A stretch of 63,987 nt of DNA, counting the filler, from Vezdaea acicularis (taxonomy: Eukaryota): assembly GCA_026025075.1 (NCBI GenBank). It is 4 parts of 4 records of this genome, joined end to end, with 100 filler letters (N's around TTAATTAATTAA, not from the genome) between each part and the next. Parts side by side here need not be neighbours in the genome. Positions count along the whole stretch, not along the records: positions 38,788 to 57,942 come from JAPEUI010000204.1; positions 58,043 to 63,987 come from JAPEUI010000290.1; 2 more parts are not named here. One strand, written 5' to 3'. Below the pieces are notes generated by a model. The model was not told the origin of the DNA, searched no databases, and saw nothing but the letters and a program-made list of their open reading frames with translations. Made by a program: the position numbers and the translations under genes. Shown in pieces: positions 48,636 through 59,469 of the stretch; position 1 is the stretch's first letter, and the number at the start of each line of letters is the position of its first letter.

Positions 48636-50477
48636 ATGGCAGAAGCGGCGGCCAGCTCGCGAGCTTCCATCCCCTCTTCGAGGTCCTCGACTCAAATCCA
48701 TCGCACCAAAGGAAGCATCAGCTCTGATATACCGCAACATGGCTCGACGGAGCCATTGACGTCTTCAGTCTCGCTTGACGATGAACGATCCGAGTCAGAC
48801 TCCGCCGAGGCGCCTCTTCTTAGCCATGAGATAGTCGGAGAGCAGCCGCCAACCACCAATGGCATCGGCGGCCCTCCAAGAAAGCCAGAGGACATCAAAG
48901 ATGACAAGCCTGTCACCTGGATGTCCCTTCCGCACAAACCGCAACTTTTCATTCTAGCAGTATGCCGGCTTTCAGAGCCTCTTTCGAATACCTGTCTCCT
49001 ACCTTACCTCTACTACCTCGTCCGGTCCCTTCAACCGCAGTCTGACTCTTCATCCTCGATATCAAGAAGTGCAGGTGTCGTTGTCGCACTGTTCGCCCTG
49101 TCTCAATTCGCCACCAGCATGGCATGGGCAAAAGCTGCAGACGCTTGGGGTCGGAAACCGGTGATACTCATCGGATTGATGGTGAGTATATTTGCCAATC
49201 TCGGCTTTGGCTTTTCGAAAAGCATACCAGCGATCATGTGCTGGCGGATTGTCGCAGGCTGCGCGAATGGGAATACCGGCGTAATGCGGACGATGACGGC
49301 AGAGATCGTGAAAGATAAGAAATATCAGAGCCGAGCATTCCTGCTACTACCTCTCGTTTTCAACTCAGGAGTCATAATCGGGCTGTTTCTTGGTGGGTTT
49401 CTAGCAGATCCGGTAAAGCATATGGCATGGGCTTTCGGACCGCACGGACTGTTTAATTTTCCGTACGACGCCGAGGGTGTGGCCTGGATGAGGAAGTACC
49501 CATATGCGCTCCCGACTGTTTTCAATGCGATGGCATTGACGTGCAGTCTCCTTCTGGCGATATGCGGGCTGAAAGAGACTTCATCGCAGAAAGCCGGCCG
49601 AACCGATTATGGGCTGCTCCTTGGCCGCATTGTTAGGCGGAATTTCAGTCGGTATATCTTGAGAAACAGGAGCTCCGGCTACGCAGTTCTCTCGACGCAT
49701 GAGCATGGCTCCGACGACGAACACGAACTCGAGAAGGCGGTACCAAAACCTGCCATAAAAGCGGTCGATAACCGCCCGTTCCCGCCTTCTTCGACTTCTG
49801 TATGGACCAGTGATGTCCTCGCGACTCTGCTGGCCTTTGCTCTCCTCTGGCTGCATAACTCGGCATTCATGCAGCTCTTCCCCGTATTTCTCTCCGTCCC
49901 ACACAACCCCAACGAAGGCCACTCTGTCTTCTTCTTTAATGGTGGCCTCTCGCTTCCCTCTTCTAGCATTGGTTTCGTCTTTTCTCTCTTCGGCGTCTAC
50001 GGCATCTTTCTGCAGCTCATGATTTATCCAAGGCTGCATGCCCGCTTCGGCACACTCGGAATGCTACGGATTGCTTTTGCCATGTTTCCCTTCGCGTATG
50101 TGCCTGCACCGTATTTGGCACTGTTTTCGGATACCGGAGGCTGGAAATGGTTTGGTATCTGCTTTATCCTGTTCATCCAGGTCACGGCAAGGACGTTCGC
50201 CATCCCGAGTAGTGTCATTCTACTCACGAATGTGGCGCCGAGACCGCAGGCCTTGAGCACGATCCATGGAGCGGGTAATACGCTGACGAGCTTGGCTCGT
50301 GCAGTAGGTCCAGCGATTGGTGGATATGTCCTTGCGAGGGGTATAGACGAGGGCGTCGTAGGATTGGTCTGGTGGGCGTTCTTGACAGTAGTGGGGGTGG
50401 TGGGGATCGTGTGGAGCTTCAGGATGAGGCAGCTAGAGAAGCCTGAGAAGGGCAGGGGTGGTGGGAAGGGCGCTTAA
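48636..50477 (+). CDS. MFS transporter (DHA1/ZIF1-like)
   Basis: 613-aa ORF with ~12 hydrophobic helices; motif A-like WAKAADAWGRKPV, GCANGNTGV, RAVGPAIGG. Confidence 0.92.
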   Translation: MAEAAASSRASIPSSRSSTQIHRTKGSISSDIPQHGSTEPLTSSVSLDDERSESDSAEAPLLSHEIVGEQPPTTNGIGGPPRKPEDIKDDKPVTWMSLPHKPQLFILAVCRLSEPLSNTCLLPYLYYLVRSLQPQSDSSSSISRSAGVVVALFALSQFATSMAWAKAADAWGRKPVILIGLMVSIFANLGFGFSKSIPAIMCWRIVAGCANGNTGVMRTMTAEIVKDKKYQSRAFLLLPLVFNSGVIIGLFLGGFLADPVKHMAWAFGPHGLFNFPYDAEGVAWMRKYPYALPTVFNAMALTCSLLLAICGLKETSSQKAGRTDYGLLLGRIVRRNFSRYILRNRSSGYAVLSTHEHGSDDEHELEKAVPKPAIKAVDNRPFPPSSTSVWTSDVLATLLAFALLWLHNSAFMQLFPVFLSVPHNPNEGHSVFFFNGGLSLPSSSIGFVFSLFGVYGIFLQLMIYPRLHARFGTLGMLRIAFAMFPFAYVPAPYLALFSDTGGWKWFGICFILFIQVTARTFAIPSSVILLTNVAPRPQALSTIHGAGNTLTSLARAVGPAIGGYVLARGIDEGVVGLVWWAFLTVVGVVGIVWSFRMRQLEKPEKGRGGGKGA

Positions 50478-51870
50478 TGGGTTATAATTCTTAATTCAGA
50501 TTTGGATCCGGTGTGTTGGTAGGTTGGATACGGTCTTTGGTGTATATTATAGGTGTAAAACTAGAGCTAGACTTGGCGGTATGGAACATAGGATAGAGCT
50601 CCCATTCGTTCAATACGGATAATTCCTGTACATCGTGAGCTTCGCATCGAGCTGGTGGGTCAGACCACGTTTTTCCCCCTCGGCCCCTACCGTCTCCACG
50701 GTCTAGACCCAACAGACCCCCGGGTCGCCACCGTGGCGAACCCCTGTAATTCAAATGCACGTTGAATTATCACAGTCCCGTATGGACGCCGAGCGAAACT
50801 CAAACTGAAACCTCTTTCAAAGCCACCAAGCCACAACGGAAGAAGACGGCTTCAAAGTCGAACGCAAAACTGAAAGGGTCATGTGATGACCATCCTGCAG
50901 AGCGAGGGCTCCCCATTGCCCTAGCCCTAAGCGAAGTAAACAAATGCCCGGCGTGTGCGGAGGGGCTCGAGTCCCCCCATCTGCAACGCCGAAGTGGAAG
51001 ACGCATGTGACCGAGTCTTGGCCCTTTGAAGGACGGTCTGCGATCGTGCTGACAATCAGGTCTGGGACGCAGATCGGCGTGGGCGATTTGGAAGGCAGAA
51101 CACAAAAAGTCACACATCACCTGACTTTCACATGTAGTCTCTGCACCCTCACCAAGACTGACCACAGGCAGGAAATTGCTCAGCATTAAACACATGCCTT
51201 CCCTCATACCTCGGCATCACGTTTAGGACACGCTCGGCGCGTCTCCCCGACACGTCTTTTTGCAAAAACGAACGCAACGCAAAATTGAAAGGGTCAGCTG
51301 ATGTCCACAGACTACCCAAAAGGGATGTGGGGGAGCCCTTGCTGGCTTCAGAGAGGCAGCGTGTGAAAGTCACCTGGTGTGGGACTTTTCTTGTTGGACT
51401 TTGCATATTTTGGGAGGTCTCTAGTTGCCTCACAACAGAGATCTTGGTGCTCCAGGTGGATTGGATGCCATCACATGATATCCAAGCCTGGTATTCAGCT
51501 TCTTGGGATGGGAGAGAGTGGGATAGGTCTTGGGGGAGGAGGGGAGTAAGTCCTCTAGGGCTAGGGCATCTCCTTGAACCTCAGTTTACGTATCAGCACG
51601 AGCGTAATCTAAAGAATTTACGCCCAACCGACCTTCATGCACTTCTCTATATGAAGTTCCACAACCCTGCCAGGGAAACTCCCATCTTCAAGCCGCCGTT
51701 TGCACAGCAACGGGGTAGGAGAGGTTGGTTGATTCTTTTATCTGCTGTTCCTACCCAAGTACTGATTGAACCTCACCATAGCCGACCAGACTGAACTCCA
51801 AGCAAGGTACCACTAGTAGAGGGTATTGCAAACGCCAAAGCAGAGTCCTGGTAAACCCTCCGACTAAACC

Positions 51871-54092
51871 TCACCAATGCCTAGCTACAACGATAGCCCC
51901 GCTCTCCTCCATCTCAATAAGACACTTCCAAACATCCTTCCTTTTCAAGCCTTCCCTGACTGCAATCTTCTCCAGAGCGTGCCTTCCATTAAAATACCGA
52001 ACCACTCTTTCCCAACACTCGCGCACCATTTCATCCTGGAAACTTTCTCCTATTGCAGTGATCCACTGGGATTCGAGGGCAGATGCTTTGTGTGGGTCTA
52101 AAATCAGGGAAACTTCGTTTTGAGGATTACCATCAGATGTCTTGTTTGTAGGCGGGAAGAGAGGCGTCGAGAGAATGTCGCGGCGTGTCATAAGTGAGCT
52201 ACGGAGAGTTGATGCAGCAGAAGAGTGAGAGCCGACGGGCGTGTGTAAGTTGGCAGGAGGAGAGAGATAGCCTGGAGCGATATCTTCCGGGCCGGCGGTC
52301 AGAAAGTCAGATTTTCTCTTCTCTTTAGGCTTTTCTTTACTTTTGTCTTCATTATCCGTGGTAGTATTGCTCCCATTGCTATTGGTCTTTTCTTGGGCAG
52401 CCGAGCCAGAAGTCGAACGCTGCTCTTTCACAACCGTAGCTTGGACGACTGCTTTAATCTGAGGGAGAACTTGTACCCATGCAAATGTTCGCAACTGCGT
52501 TACCCAGCCGCCACGCATAAGCCATGCAAGAATATCGAGGTAGGCAGCTCGGTGGTCTTTTGACGGGATGAGCGTCTTGTACGGGCGAGGTGGTCCAGAT
52601 AGCATTGCCAACAGCTTCCCCAAGCTCGGCATGGTAGGAAAAGCGCGCAGATAAGCCGAAGTGGCGGCCGGAAGAGCTTGTAAATCGCAGTTCGGGCTTA
52701 CAATGTAAATGTCTCTCTGATGTAACGGCGGAATAGCTCGAGCACGTCTCCAGTAGATTAAATGCCGAGCAAGAACATTGATGTCTCCCAAAGGAATCTT
52801 GTGCTCCAGTGAAACTTGAAGAAACGATTGAGTCGGGGATGAACATCGGATGTAGTTTATTAGAGGCGCTGCGAACTGTTTGCTTTCGCCTTCTTCGACT
52901 TCCTTGATGATCTGTTCTGGTGGTGCAAGTAGGAGCAAAGCAAAGTGCTTCGCAAGTAGATTGTCCGAGTTAGACTCGTCTTGGTCGTACGAATTAGCTG
53001 TCGTTAGCCAGATGCCAGGCATCTGCGGGTCGATCAGTCCAGGTAGTATGGAAGTTGCGCCAAGTTGAGGAATTTGCAGGGAGACGTCAAAGCTGTTGTT
53101 TAGGAAGACGTGAGCAATGCGAGAAGTGGAAATTGAGTGATATACTTCAGAGATGGCTTTAGCAAGCGTAGAGCGAGAGAGGATTGTGTGCCAGAGCGAA
53201 GACATAGAAGACCCTGTGATCTGTAAGCAAGCATCTAATGACTCAATCCAAGGATGTCCTTACTGTCCTTTCTAGCCTTGTCTCTGCATTGCGTGATCAT
53301 TTCACACTCCTTCCATACGTAATTCGACTTTGCTTGCTCAAACTTGAGCGCCTTCGAGAACTTCTTTACTACATGCTCATACATGTCCTTTGCCCTCGCC
53401 TGCGCCTCTAGAACGGGCGGGTCAAGCACGAAAACCACATTGAACGAAGTCATGGCATTGACGTCTGATGTTGAATCGCTTCTATTGTCTTCATCTTCTA
53501 CTGTTGCACCAGCCATTTTTATCTCTTTCAATTCTCTTTCAACATCATCTATTTCAATATCCTTCTCTTCCACTATACTTTTCGCCTCATCGCTGGGACC
53601 AGTACCCGTACTTTTCTTCCTTTTGTCTTTCCGTTTCATCCAGTTTCCGTCTTCCCTGATGTGTACTGGATAGCTGAGGAATAGCAAATTTTTTAGTCCC
53701 AATTCGAATTTCTTCTTATTGAATGCGCGGCCCGGGGTCAACATGCCTTCCAATCCAGTAGTTGTATATCCGAAGACTGTATCCCATGGCATGTTTTTTT
53801 GTGCCGCTTCCTCTTCACTGTGTTCTCCCTCAACTTTTCCGACAGTTCCTGCTTGGAGTCCAATCGGCTGTGGCACCGGCTGTCCGTAAAGAGCCTCAAA
53901 CTCATCCTCCGAGCTCCATTCATCCTCACTTGATGCGTCCTCATCTGCCAAGCTCCTGCCAGACCGACCATATTCTGTACGCCCCTCTGAGGGTACGTCT
54001 GGATAATTGAATATAAATTTCGGGCCATGCCGTGTCTTGATAACAAGGAGAATAGCTACTAAGCACGGGTCCGGCCGGCGTAACCCTGGCAT
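51871..54092 (-). CDS. NPR3: Nitrogen permease regulator 3 (SEACIT/GATOR1 subunit)
   Basis: PDPCLVAILLV...GPKFIFNYP, KKFELGL, FNVVFVLDPP, ALKFEQAKSNYV, LARHLIYWRRARAIPPLH, LAWLMRGGWVTQLRTF, YFNGRHALEKI; one intron near 53214-53263. The frame is open upstream to ATG 54335. Confidence 0.9.
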
Positions 54093-55461
54093 ACCGAAGT
54101 CACGAACACGTCTGAGAGCAAAGTTATGAGGTACGTTGAAAGCGTACCTCACGCAGCCCTCTACGCAGCCATCATCATCGTGATGAATGTCGTCGATATA
54201 CTGCCAAAACTGCTCGATAGTTGAAGGAATGCCCTTGAATTCCAGAAGCTCTTCAATTGGTGGATTAGCGACTGTGGCTGGATTTTCTGCAGGGTAGCTA
54301 TCGGGTGGTTCCGAAGCTCCTGATTGATCCTCCATCACGAACGCGACCAAGAATTGTACGCGCACGAGGTGACTGTTTGAGAGAACTCTTGTGGCAAGAT
54401 GAAGCTCTCAGTGTCGTGGATAGGTCAGTGTCGGTTTGTGCGGAGCTAAGGGGTAGGCTCTTTTGTGTCTTGGCTGGCATTATATGATCGTTCATCTGGG
54501 TCATGTTTGCTACGAGCAGTGATCTACGCACGCACGATGTACTTGATGACGCCCCAAATTTCTTCAAACCTATCACCCTGCTGAACGTTTACTTCCATCA
54601 CGGCTTCGAACCATCTGCCGGAGCCTTCTCCTCAATGCCGGCTTCCGACCCTTGCTTTTCGTCTCCAAACCCCAGGTTCTTGAATTCATCTTTCGCCATA
54701 AGATTGCTATATCGGCACTTAGCCACGGTTGTCACTAATAGATTTTTGAGATCAAAGACACATACTGGTCCATCCGACATTGGAGGTACGCTTTTGCTAG
54801 CATACGACATTCTGGATCGTTTGTGCCTCTAACTTTCTTCAAGCAGGCAAGGTAACCTGCCATCACGGGTTTGCACTCTCCTTTAAAGGAACAGACTCAT
54901 CAGCACAAGTTTCTTAATCGGCCAACTTTCAGAATCGGCGTATCTCTTTCATAAAGAAACGAAGACCAACCATCATGATCCAACGGAAAGCTCCCTCGCT
55001 CAGGCCTAGACTTCAGGGTCAGCCCAACCTCGACTTATCCCAGGAACCATCCACTCACGGCGTAGGTTTAGAGATGACCTGACCTGGCGGCCTACCAAAC
55101 GTACTCATATTCCTGCAAGCGCGGGATGAGGCTGCATAGAAGGATATGGGCCGAGGTAAAGGACATCATCTCGAGCTTTGAGTCTAGCTTGCCGAGCCGA
55201 ATGACGGAGAACCGCGTTGCCGGGACCGCGAAACTCGCCAATATGACGTCGATCCGGGCTGTCTGATTGAACGATATCAAATCGCGAAATGAAGCTTCAA
55301 CAACCCCCAGCTCTCTACCCCCCGAAGAAATTCGAGGCAATCGGACCGTTTCTTAAGCCACAATCTTGATTTCTCACCGTCACTCTAAAAACAAGCCTTC
55401 CAACCACCGAACCCAGCATGCCGATGTAAGATGTAATCCACAGCTTTCCCCACAACATCCC

Positions 55462-56128
55462 ATGCCTGACCAACTCTGCCCCCACAGGAAACTCGAGGGC
55501 TCCTGCCAATGCGGCACCGTCCAATTCACCGTCGACTCGCACACCCCCGTCCCCTACCAACTCTGCGCCTGCAGCATCTGCCGCAAATGCGGTGGATACA
55601 GCGGTAGCGTGAACCTAGGCGCCATAGCCGACTCCCTGAAGATCACCTCGGGCGAGCAGAACATCAAGTAAGCATTGCCCCCCCCTTACACCAACTCCAC
55701 CTGCCCTCCCGAGCACGGCGCAAAACACAACTCTTCCATCCGTCCACTGTAGCCCGTCCCCTCGCAAAACACCAACTCATCCAAACCCCTGACTAACCAC
55801 CCCTCCCCCCCCCGGGGGGTACAGGAAATACAAAGCCATCTCCAACCGGGGCCACCCCCACGAACGCCTCGTCACCAGCGACCGCGCCTTCTGTATGACC
55901 TGCAGCGCCATGCTCTGGGTCTGGGACGCCAGCTGGCCGGAGCTGCTCCACCCCTTTGCGTCCGTGATCGACACGCCGCTGCCGCTGCCGGAGGAGATGC
56001 TGTGTATCCGCGCGGACAGTAAACCGGGATGGGCGCGCTGGCCGGAAGGGGCGAAGGTGGTGCATGAGGAGTATGGGGAGGCGAGTATAGAGGAGTGGCA
56101 TAGGGCGCATGGGGTGTATGTGGAGTAG
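55462..56128 (+). CDS. GFA/CENP-V (Mss4-like) zinc-binding protein
   Basis: LEGSCQCGTVQF, CACSICRK, RAFCMTCSAMLW; intron 55668-55824. Confidence 0.88.
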
Positions 56129-56244
56129 ACGAGGCAAGCGGGGAGGAGGGGGCCAAAGGGGGGATTTCCTGGATGGGCTTCATAGGATCAGGATTGGAGT
56201 CGCGAATGATGCGTAGCTACATTGCAAGCATGTTTCAATTAAGA

Positions 56245-57942
56245 CTACTGGAGCACCGCCCTGACGCTCCCTTCTACGAGGGGGCTCCCTTTGATGAGCA
56301 AGTCATTAATACCCTTCTCGCCCGCCATCCAGCGCTCTAACAAGGCATTGCTCTCCTTCGGCTTGATGCTATCCTCCGCCGTCCCAATCGTGATATGCGC
56401 CACGCGATTGATAGTCTCCCAGCCGTCCTCGGCGTCTACGAGGCGCGCCACAACGCACATCACCCTATCGTCCCAGACCACTCGTTCGAGCTGAACTTTG
56501 CAGATGCCTAACTCGGGATCGGCTGTATCGGTCTTGTCTGAGGCTTCGAGGGCCTGCTTGTGGAGAGCGCTGTAGCGCGACCATTGCTCCGGGAAGGCAC
56601 TCGCCTGCGCTTTATGGATGAGCGTGACGTGGAAGGCCGCCTGCATGCGCCGCATCTGTCGTAGGTACATATAAAACCTCGCGGTCGGGTCTTCGGGGCT
56701 AGGGAAGCAGCACCGCAGCGCCTCCAGGATGGGTGTAGAGGGCAGTTTGATGGCGAAGTAGCTCACCTTTCTGACTTTCCCTTTTGGAGTCACTTCCGCC
56801 TGGCCATTCGCATTGCCATTTTTCTTTTGGGATGGGCCGACGGAGTGGCGCAGATCAGGGCGGTAGTCGTGCAGAGCGTAGTCGATTGCATCGTCCAAGT
56901 CGTCGCTACTGGGCATTTCCTTGAACAGGCCTGGGTAGGTACCATGGAGCTGGGTGACGACGGTTTGGAGGTTGCCCCGTGATTCAGCGGTTGGGTCGAG
57001 GGTAATGACGGAGTCGAAGCCGCTGTCTGGTTCTTCGTAAGGGTTTACCGGCTGGAAACGCCGCATGAAGTTCTCCATGATGCCGGTAATATGTTGCTCG
57101 TCTTTCGTGGCGGCTTGAATTGTTTGGTGATTGTCTCCACGACCCATGACTCTAGACCTCAAGACGTGCCGTACTTCTTGGCGTCTCATCGTGCCTTCTT
57201 CGTCGTGGTCCCAGTAAAGAGCTACAAAACTAGCATCAGGTATCATTGCCGTCAAGTCATCGATTATTTGTGCTCTCTCGCGCCGCTCCGCGTTGTTCCT
57301 ATCGGCGAAGACAACGGGAGAAGCGGCCGAAGCCGAGAAGATCAGGCTGACAAATTGCGCTGGACGACCCCTTTTGCCTTGGACATCATCGTTCTGAATA
57401 TGGGCCCACCCAAGTAGCTTTTCTAGCGCTTTAGCAATCGTTGTCTTGCCGCAGCCAAGAGTTGCGATAGGGACAAGGAATACATCCTTGGTGACATTTC
57501 TAGGGGCGTTCTTCTCCTCTTCTTCCTCTAGTCGAATGATATCAGAGCCTTTGAGCCCCTTTTCTGCCAAGAAGCCATTCCGCATGGCAATGATTCCATG
57601 GTTTTGATTGAAAGCCTTACCCAGGTTTCGATTCTCAGCCAGCTGTCGTCGAGCATAGTTAAGGTACTCGGCAGTAATCTTGACGTGTTTCTTGTACTTT
57701 GGAACCTTTCCAGAGATAATTGCTTTAGTAACCTCACGCCATTGCCTGTACATCAGGTAGGGCTCTTCAAACTTATACTTGAAGAACCAGTCCTGGTACG
57801 GCCCGCGTTCCTCATCCCCTTTCTTACACCGAATGACGAACCCCTCAACGTCCATCCCATTCCAAGCTCCTGTCTCCGCAACACCCTCCAGAAAACTTCG
57901 AACATCGAAAATATTATCTTTGACAAGATAAAAAGTCTTTCT
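56245..57942 (-). CDS. TRL1: Fungal tRNA ligase, 5'-truncated (end of ligase domain, kinase, CPDase)
   Basis: EGFVIRC, FFKYKFEEPYLMYRQWRE, kinase P-loop LVPIATLGCGKTT, ADRNN, RGDNHQTI, CPDase HxT motifs FHVTL and AHITIGT. Confidence 0.95.
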   Translation of the reverse strand, partial: RKTFYLVKDNIFDVRSFLEGVAETGAWNGMDVEGFVIRCKKGDEERGPYQDWFFKYKFEEPYLMYRQWREVTKAIISGKVPKYKKHVKITAEYLNYARRQLAENRNLGKAFNQNHGIIAMRNGFLAEKGLKGSDIIRLEEEEEKNAPRNVTKDVFLVPIATLGCGKTTIAKALEKLLGWAHIQNDDVQGKRGRPAQFVSLIFSASAASPVVFADRNNAERRERAQIIDDLTAMIPDASFVALYWDHDEEGTMRRQEVRHVLRSRVMGRGDNHQTIQAATKDEQHITGIMENFMRRFQPVNPYEEPDSGFDSVITLDPTAESRGNLQTVVTQLHGTYPGLFKEMPSSDDLDDAIDYALHDYRPDLRHSVGPSQKKNGNANGQAEVTPKGKVRKVSYFAIKLPSTPILEALRCCFPSPEDPTARFYMYLRQMRRMQAAFHVTLIHKAQASAFPEQWSRYSALHKQALEASDKTDTADPELGICKVQLERVVWDDRVMCVVARLVDAEDGWETINRVAHITIGTAEDSIKPKESNALLERWMAGEKGINDLLIKGSPLVEGSVRAVLQ

Positions 57943-58042
57943 NNNNNNNNNNNNNNNNNNNNNNNNNNNNNNNNNNNNNNNNNNNNTTAATTAATTAANN
58001 NNNNNNNNNNNNNNNNNNNNNNNNNNNNNNNNNNNNNNNNNN
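57943..58042. other. Artificial contig linker
   Basis: N44-TTAATTAATTAA-N44. Confidence 0.98.
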
Positions 58043-59469
58043 GCCCGGTCCGCCGCCGGCGACAGGGCCGCCCCCCGCGCCCCCTGGGCCCGCCAGGTGG
58101 TTCTGGTGTTGTGCCTGCGCCACGTTCTTCCTGTTCGTCATCTTGGCCATTCGCCTTACGCGCCGACTGCGCAGTCGCGGGTCTTGGTTGCTGTTCCGCC
58201 AGCTGTCGACGGCGCGCTGGATGAGGCCGCGTTTGCCGCGGAGGCAGGCGTTCAGGTCCGCGAGCGCCCAGCCGACCGTGTTGCACTCGGTCTCGTAGTT
58301 CAGCCGGTTGCCGCGGTACTGGTCTTTCGAGCAGCAGGCGCGGGGGTACACGCAGTTCTCCGTCTTGAATTCTTGCGAGAGGCCGTCCACGTTGACGGAT
58401 TCGACGTCGCACCGGATCGTGTATTCCATCTTGACGCGGTCCCGCGAGTACTCGAAGGCGATCCACTGGACGCCGTTGTTGTCTTGACGCACGACAAGAG
58501 GGGTGGTGGCAGGGATCGGGCCAGGAGCGGCATTGGGGTTGACGCCGGTACCGCCTTGTTGGCCAGCACCGGGCATGTTGTTGACGCTACCCGGTGGGCC
58601 GGGCTGGGGGTGTTGTGCTGGACCGCCCATGGGGCCTGGCGGTGGCCTTTGAAGGGGCGTCTGGGCAAGCTTAGACCGTGGGCTGTTGTTCAGGCCCTGG
58701 TTGTGTGACGTCGGATGTTGCATCTGCTGTTGATTTTGATGCGAGATGAGCAGCGGCTGTGAGGTTAGGGCTGGATGTTGTGGACCAGGTTGGTGGCCAT
58801 ATTGCGTCTGGGGTGGCATCGGGGGATACCCGCCATAGCCGTACATTCCCTGGGGTAGTTGTGATTGCTGCTGGCCGTACATTGTGCGGTTGTGCTGGTC
58901 ATGGGCTGTGGGTGAAGCGACGGATGCTGGGGAATTTGATTGTGGCGTGTGGTAGATGGGAGGGTAAGGCCTGTTGAGATGTGCGGCAGCCATGAGGTCT
59001 GGTGTCTCTATAAAAGATGTTAACATCTTGAGCTTGGCACCTCCATGACGCGTTGTACGATGCCAATGACCCCACAAAGAATCCTTCGGTTACTCGAAGA
59101 AAGCTTCTCGGGATGATACGGTAAGGTAGGAGTGTCCGTCACGAGAATGAGAGAGAGAGAGAGATACTGACCTGCTTGAGAGTACGTCCCCGATGCACTT
59201 GGCGTACTGTACGGACTGGGGTGGGGCTGAAAGTAGGGTATCTCGTGCGGTTGCTGGCCTTGTCCAGGGCCTGGCTGGGCGAATGGAGACTGTTGCTGGG
59301 ATGGTAGACCGTGGCCCGAGGCGTGCGGAGACGCGTACGCCGTCTGATGGTGAGGTTGAGAAGCCGGTTGCTGATGCGGCGAGTTCTGGTTCTGCTGTTG
59401 GTGCACTATGCTCGAAGGTCGGGGATGGTGTTGTAGATGTTGGGGAGGCGGCGCGTGGTGAGGATGACG
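58043..59469 (-). CDS. Conserved fungal Q/P/H-rich protein with a conserved domain of unknown function (possible transcription regulator); 3'-truncated, first exon not located
   Basis: An exon starts after GCTGAC...CAG at 59469; intron 59171-59008. Domain GPIPATTPLVVRQDNNGVQWIAFEYSRDRVKMEYTIRCD...CVYPRA...YRGNRLNYETECNTVGWALA...RGKRGLIQRAVDSWRNS. Confidence 0.8.

Noticed and set aside
50917..50930. CCCTAGCCCTAA as a telomerase RNA template or telomeric seed
   Set aside because: Does not match TTAGGG exactly and no other telomerase RNA elements could be identified by eye.
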